A stretch of DNA of 64,000 nt from NCBI GenBank assembly GCA_964016885.1, contig OZ024743.1, forward strand, positions 49,972,001 to 50,036,000. The letters are read 5' to 3'. The DNA is from Eledone cirrhosa. Taxonomy: Eukaryota. The position numbers and the translations under genes were made by a program. The notes beneath the pieces were generated by a model. It saw only the letters and a list, made by a program, of their open reading frames with translations. It was not told the origin of the DNA and did no database searches. Every line of letters starts with the position of its first letter. The first letter of the stretch is position 1. Of the stretch, positions 57,891 through 64,000 are shown piece by piece.

Positions 57891-58110
57891 TGTAATAAAC
57901 AACATAAGACAATTATGGAAAATTTTTCATTGTGATGAGCGATTTCCGACGTCTGTGTTCAGCTCGTCTGTCTTCATGAAACCTTTGGTAAATGGAATAA
58001 TTGTCTTATGTTGTTTATTACATAACTAAATAGCTCTGTAGCTTACATAGAGCACTCTCATTTCCTTTACCCTTCCTACGGAAATAATCATATATTTACA
58101 TACCCTTCCT
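57886..58110 (+). mobile_element. Fold-back element related to the 12117-12440 family; degenerate HHR 57926-57996 (GTGATGA core)
   Basis: tagttatgtaataaacaacataag mirrored at ~58005-58028; ttcatt..GAAA-cc ttt gg-TA-aatgga. Confidence 0.6.
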
Positions 58111-58129
58111 ACGGAAATAATCATATATT

Positions 58130-58162
<33 letters not shown>

Positions 58163-58166
<4 letters not shown>

Positions 58167-59361
58167 CTTTGATAACTTTGATAGGTTTCGGCCATGTCTA
58201 ACTTAATAGCACCACCTGGCGAAGTCTTACAAATCAGTGTTTGGGCACCATGGCCCACTCGAACAGAGAGTTATTGTTTACGGAGGCATATCCGGGTGTA
58301 GGAGGCTTATCCGGGATTTCTTGAAGGAATTTATCCAAAGACTTCTTGAACTTGATGGGGGTCTGTCTCTGCTTTGATGTGTTTTGGTGTAATGTTAAAG
58401 AGTGCAGGGCCAATTGAGGTGAAATAATTGTGCCGTATTGTTATGTGATGCGAGTGGGATTTTTATCGTGGGCGGATAGCACGGGGCGCAAGCCTTGGGT
58501 GTACACTAAAGATGATGCCAACATCATTTGGGCTAAGCTGATGGAATATTTTCCACATTATACATTATACTGTGGACAACAGTATTCAAGGTGGGGTCGG
58601 GCAAAAGTGGAGAAGAGAAGGACAAAAGTGTGGATGTCTCTCGACTGGAAAGTTCTGAGAATCCAGGAACGCATTCTGCGGGCCATATCAACTTTGCTGT
58701 TCATATGAGTGGCCCAGCTTATATTGTTTTCCACAATTACTCCCAAGTCTCTGATGTTATTGGAAGCCACTAGAGTTTCACCCGAAATAAGAGAGTATGG
58801 TAGTTTCAGAGCATCCTTTTTTCCAAAAGTGGATTAGTTCAAATTTATCCTCATTCAACAGCATATTATTCATCTCTGCCCATTGGATAACAGCCAGTAG
58901 GTCTGACTGAAGGCAAGTCCGGTCACCCACCTCATTGATGACCCTTTGGAGCTTGGAATCATCTGCGAAGATTCTGATGTTACTGTGTTTGATGATGTCA
59001 GTAATGTCATTAATGTAGATGATGAAAAGAAGTGGGCCCAACACAGTGCCTTGTGGGACGCCACTGCGGACTTTGGCACGGCTTGATTTTACTCCTTCGA
59101 CTACAACATGATGGGTTCTGCCTGTCAGGAAACATTTGATCCAGTGTAGTAACCTTCCAGAGACACCAACATTGGATAGTTTTTTCAGTAGAATCTTATG
59201 ATCAACCCTGTCGAAGGCCTTGTTGAAATCAAGGTAGATGACATCAGTGTTGGAGCCCTCTCCCAAGGCTCTCAAAACATCGTCAAAGTGATGCAGGAGC
59301 TGCGTTAGGCAGTCCCTTCCATTACGGAACCCATGTTGGTTGGAGTTCAGCAGGCCATTGC
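58163..59361 (-). pseudogene. CR1/L2-group LINE reverse transcriptase 3' portion
   Basis: QHGFR..CLTQLL, YLDFNKAFDRVDH, SGVPQGTVLGPLLF..YIND, FADDSKL, RPHLEYC; short tandem 3' tail (tatcaaagt)x2. Confidence 0.9.
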
Positions 59362-59745
59362 TTAACCAAGATGATATTTACCAAAAAAGAAGAACAAGTC
59401 AACATCATTGGATACCATCAGGGTTGAAGGTGTTATATCAGAGTTTTCCTTCTCCTAGAATTCTGCCTTGACAAAGGCTAAGGAGTCATCTCTCCCGGTG
59501 ATTTTGGATGGCCATTGACTCTTAAGAGCTCCTTTGCCCTTTGACAGGTTTTGTTTTTAGTCCTGCAGGATGTCCAAAGTCACCCTCCTCACCAAGAAAC
59601 CTTGGTGGGGTTGCCAGTTTAGTCGCGAACGACCCGACCATGAAACAGGTTGTACTGGGATACAAGTTACCAGTAGCACCAACTGGTGACCTGACCAGTA
59701 GCACCAACTGGTAGCATCAACGTGACCAGTAGCACCAACTGGTAA
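59362..59745 (-). mobile_element. 5' part of the RTE-derived element, joined directly to the CR1-group fragment
   Basis: Matches 50508-50841. Confidence 0.75.
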
Positions 59746-59849
59746 CATACATACAAACATACGTACATACATACGTACATACTTGCATACATATAGGTTA
59801 GTAACAGGAAACGGGATCTTGGGTGAGATCAATGTTGTTAATAAAGGCA

Positions 59850-60016
59850 TACGTCCAACGCTATACCTGTTTTGCCGATCTACCTGGATTGGTACTTTAT
59901 CATACCCGAAAGTATAAAAGGCAACGTTGATCTCGGCAGGATTTGAACTCAGAACATAAACCGACCTAACGAAACACTGCAAACCATTTTGTCCGATGCT
60001 CTGACCACTCTGCCAT
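59850..60016 (-). mobile_element. tRNA-derived SINE (degenerate)
   Basis: ggtactttat..ccgaaag..aaaggcaa..ggatttgaactcagaac. Confidence 0.65.
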
Positions 60017-60221
60017 TTCACCATGTATGAAAATGTGTTTTAATATGTGTATGTGTTTGTGGGTGAATGACTACGTATGTTTTAATATGTGTGGGGAAGG
60101 GGATATGTAAGTTGTGTGTGTGTATGTAACTACGTGAGTGTGTGTATCTTAATATAGGAGCCTCCACGTGTGTGTTTTTGTGAGTATGTGAATGTGTGTG
60201 TATTTTAATATTTGATGACAA

Positions 60222-60309
<88 letters not shown>

Positions 60310-60439
60310 ATGACTACGTAGGCGTGTGTATTTTGATACTTGAGTATGCACGTGTGTGGATGTGCGTGTTTGTAAGTACGTGGGTGTGTAAAACTTCCTT
60401 TATTAGACTGAAAGGCGTTGAGATCAATACAAGGACATG

Positions 60440-61360
60440 ACACAACACCACACAAAACAACACAGTACAACACAACACAACACAACATAGTTCAACACAA
60501 CACAACACAACACAACACAATACAATACAACACAACACAGTACAACACAACACAGTTCAACACAACAGAACACAACACAACACAGTACAACACAAAACAA
60601 CACAACACAGTTCAACACAACACTACACAACACAGTACAACGCAACACAACACAACACAGTTCAACGCCACACCACACACCCAACACAACACAACACAGT
60701 ACAACACAACACAACACAACACAACAAAACACAACACAACAGAACACAGTACAACACAACACACCATAGTACAACACAACACAACACATGCCCAACATAA
60801 CACAACACAACACAACACTACACAACACAACACAGCACAGCGCAACACTACACAACACAACACAACACTACACAACACAACATAACACAGTAAAACACAA
60901 CGCAACACATGCCCAACATAACACAACACAACACAACACACCACAACACTACACAACACAACACAACACAACACTACACAACACAACACTACACAACACT
61001 ACACAACACAACACTACACAGCAAAACAACACAATACAACACAACATAATACAACACAACACAAAACTACACAACACAACACAACACAACATAGTACAAC
61101 ACAACACAACACAACACAACAGAACACAACATAGTACAACACAACACATGCCCAACATAACACAACACAACACAACACCACACAACACAACACAACACAA
61201 CAAAACACCACAACACACAATACAATACAACACATGCTCAACAAAACACAACACAACACAACACAAGACAAGACAACACAACACAACACCACACCACAAC
61301 CGCCAACACAACACCCAACACAACACAACACATGCTCAACATAACACAACACAACACAAA
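60440..61360. repeat. (ACAAC)n pentanucleotide repeat
   Basis: Direct inspection. Confidence 0.95.
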
Positions 61361-61414
61361 CTGGGGTTTAAATGGAGAGCAAAGGGAAGAGGACAGCAAC
61401 AAAAGGAAAAATAG

Positions 61415-63200
61415 CAGGTATAACAATAATTGCTATAACAATAACACGCATAACAATAACAGGTATAAAAATAAGTGGTATAACAATAACAGGTATAACA
61501 ATAACTGGTATAACAATAATTGCTATAACAATAACACGCATAACAATAACAGGTATAAAAATAAGTGGTATAACAATAACAGGTATAACAATAACTGGTA
61601 TAACAATAGTAGGTATAACAATAACTGGTATAACCGTAACACGTATAACAATAACAGGTATAACAATAACAGGTATAACAATAACTGGTATAACATTAAC
61701 ATGTATAACAATAAGAGGTATAACAATAACTGGTATAACAATAACAAGTTAACAATTACTGGTATAACAATAACAGGTATAATAATAACAGGTATAAAAA
61801 TAACAGGTATAACAGTAACTGGTATAACTAGAACTGGTATAACAGTAAGTGGTATAACAATAACTGGTATAACATTAACATGTATAGCAATAACAGGTAT
61901 AACCATAACTGGTATAACAATAACTGGTATAACAATAACAGGTATAACATTAACAGGTATAACATTAACAGGTATAACAATAACAGGTATAACATTAACA
62001 GGTATAGCAATAACAGGTATAACAATAACTGGTACAACAATAACTGGTATAACATTAACAGGTATAACAATAACAGGTATAACAGTAAGTAACAGGTATA
62101 ACAATAACTGGAATAACAATAACTGGTATAACAATAACCGGTATAACGATAATTGTTATAACAATAACAGGTATAACAATAACTGGTATAACAATAACAG
62201 GTATGACAATAACAGGTATAACAATAACTGGTATAACAATAACAGGTATAACAATAACAGGTATAACAATAACTGGTATAACAATAACAGGTATAACAAT
62301 AACAGGTATAACAATAACAGGTATAACAATAACTAGTATAACAATAACAGGTATAATAATAACAGGTATAACAATAACAGGTATAACAATAACAGGTATA
62401 ACAATAACAGGTATAACAATAACTGGTATAACGATAACAGGTATAACAATAACAGGTATAACAATAACAGGTATAACAATAACTGGTATAACAATAACAG
62501 GTATAACAATAACTGGTATAACAATAACAGGTATAACAATAACTGGTATAACAATAACAGGTATAACATTAACTGGTATAACAATAACAGGTATAACAAT
62601 AACAGGTATAACAATAACTGGTATAACAATAACAGGTATAACAATAACAGGTATAACAATAACTGGTATAACAATAACAGGTATAACAATAACAGGTATA
62701 ACATTAACAGGTATAATAATAACTGGTATAACATTAACAGGTATAACAATAACAGGTATAACAATAACTGGTATAACAATAACAGGTATAACAATAACAG
62801 GTATAACAATAACTGGTATAACAATAACAGGTATAACAATAACAGGTATAACATTAACAGGTATAATAATAACTGGTATAACATTAACAGGTATAACAAT
62901 AACAGGTATAACAATAACTGGTATAACAATAACAGGTATAACAATAACAGGTATAACAATAACTGGTATAACAATAACAGGTATAACAATAACAGGTATA
63001 ACATTAACAGGTATAATAATAACTGGTATAACATTAACAGGTATAACAATAACAGGTATAACAATAACTGGTATAACAATAACAGGTATAACAATAACAG
63101 GTATAACAATAACTGGTATAACAATAACAGGTATAACAATAACAGGTATAACAATAACAGGTATAATAATAACAGGTATAACAATAACAGGTATAACAAT
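61415..63200. repeat. 15-bp satellite GGTATAACAATAAC(A/T)
   Basis: Over 100 units. Confidence 0.95.
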
Positions 63201-63319
63201 AAGAACGATGACATACAGTAATGATAACAATACAACACAAGTCAATAAGCAATAATAATAATAATAATTGTTTCTACTTTTGGCACAAGGCCAGCAATTT
63301 CTCAGTACATTACTGGTAC

Positions 63320-63354
<35 letters not shown>

Positions 63355-63356
<2 letters not shown>

Positions 63357-63692
63357 TGGCCTGCCCGTTCGACACGAGAGTGCAAGAGAAGGAGAGGGAG
63401 AAAGTTAACCGATACCAGGACCTAAAGTGGGAGGTGAAAAGGATTTGGAACTGCCATGAAGTCAAAGTGATCCCGATTGTCATAGGCGCACTAGGGACTA
63501 TCTCCAAAGGTTTCCAGGGATGGTTAAAGAAAATCGGCCCCTTCACGCTTTTTGGAACGCTTCAAAAGGCATGCTTGCTTGGAACGGCAAGAACCCTCCG
63601 ATACGTCCTGAATATCTGAGGCTGCAGGTAGTGGCTTGATATTCAATCCAACGGACTTTCCAGTTAACCAACATCAATGACTGAGATTCAAG
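63355..63692 (+). pseudogene. R4/Dong-like RLE retrotransposon 3' end in (TAA)n
   Basis: VACPFDTRV.EKE.EK..RYQDLK.E..RIW...VIPIVIGALG..LQKACLLGTAR.LR; (TAA)n on both sides. Confidence 0.85.
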
Positions 63693-64000
63693 GAATAACA
63701 ATAACAATAATAATAATAATGATTTCATTTATTGGCAACAAGGGCCGACATGTAGGGGACAATACAAAGACAGGGACAGTGGTGGTTTACAATAAGGTCG
63801 AGTAAAATTGCACAATGGCAAGACTAATTTAACAATGAAGATATAAAAAATATAAAATAAACTATGTATAAAGATAACAAAATAAATTCCCCTATAGGGG
63901 GTGGACGACCCAGGGGCGACTCAGGTACCCCACCAATCCTGAACCACCCTGCGCTTCTAGGGCACCCAGGGTGAGCACCCCTCTCCTCAAGTTAGCTAGC

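Overview
Eukaryotic, AT-rich, extremely microsatellite-dense DNA. The tRNA-derived SINEs and the repeat landscape resemble an octopus/cephalopod genome (inference). No complete gene is visible and almost all long ORFs in the track are translations of simple repeats. Recognisable coding remnants are a mariner transposase, Penelope-like element (PLE) RT and GIY-YIG fragments, a CR1/L2-group RT, two R4/Dong-like restriction-enzyme-like endonuclease C-termini, a probable Tx1/L1 3' end and RTE-derived non-autonomous elements. The main signal lies between the (TA)n tracts: about 27 type I hammerhead ribozyme (HHR) motifs, intact or degenerate, from over a dozen unrelated short element families. Several use the U3:A8 core variant (TTGANAA), most have family-specific palindromic stem III sequences, and most sit in fold-back and/or partial-tandem insertions. 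One is a retrozyme-like 478-bp unit bounded by two HHRs. All folds were read by eye and none has been computed or tested.
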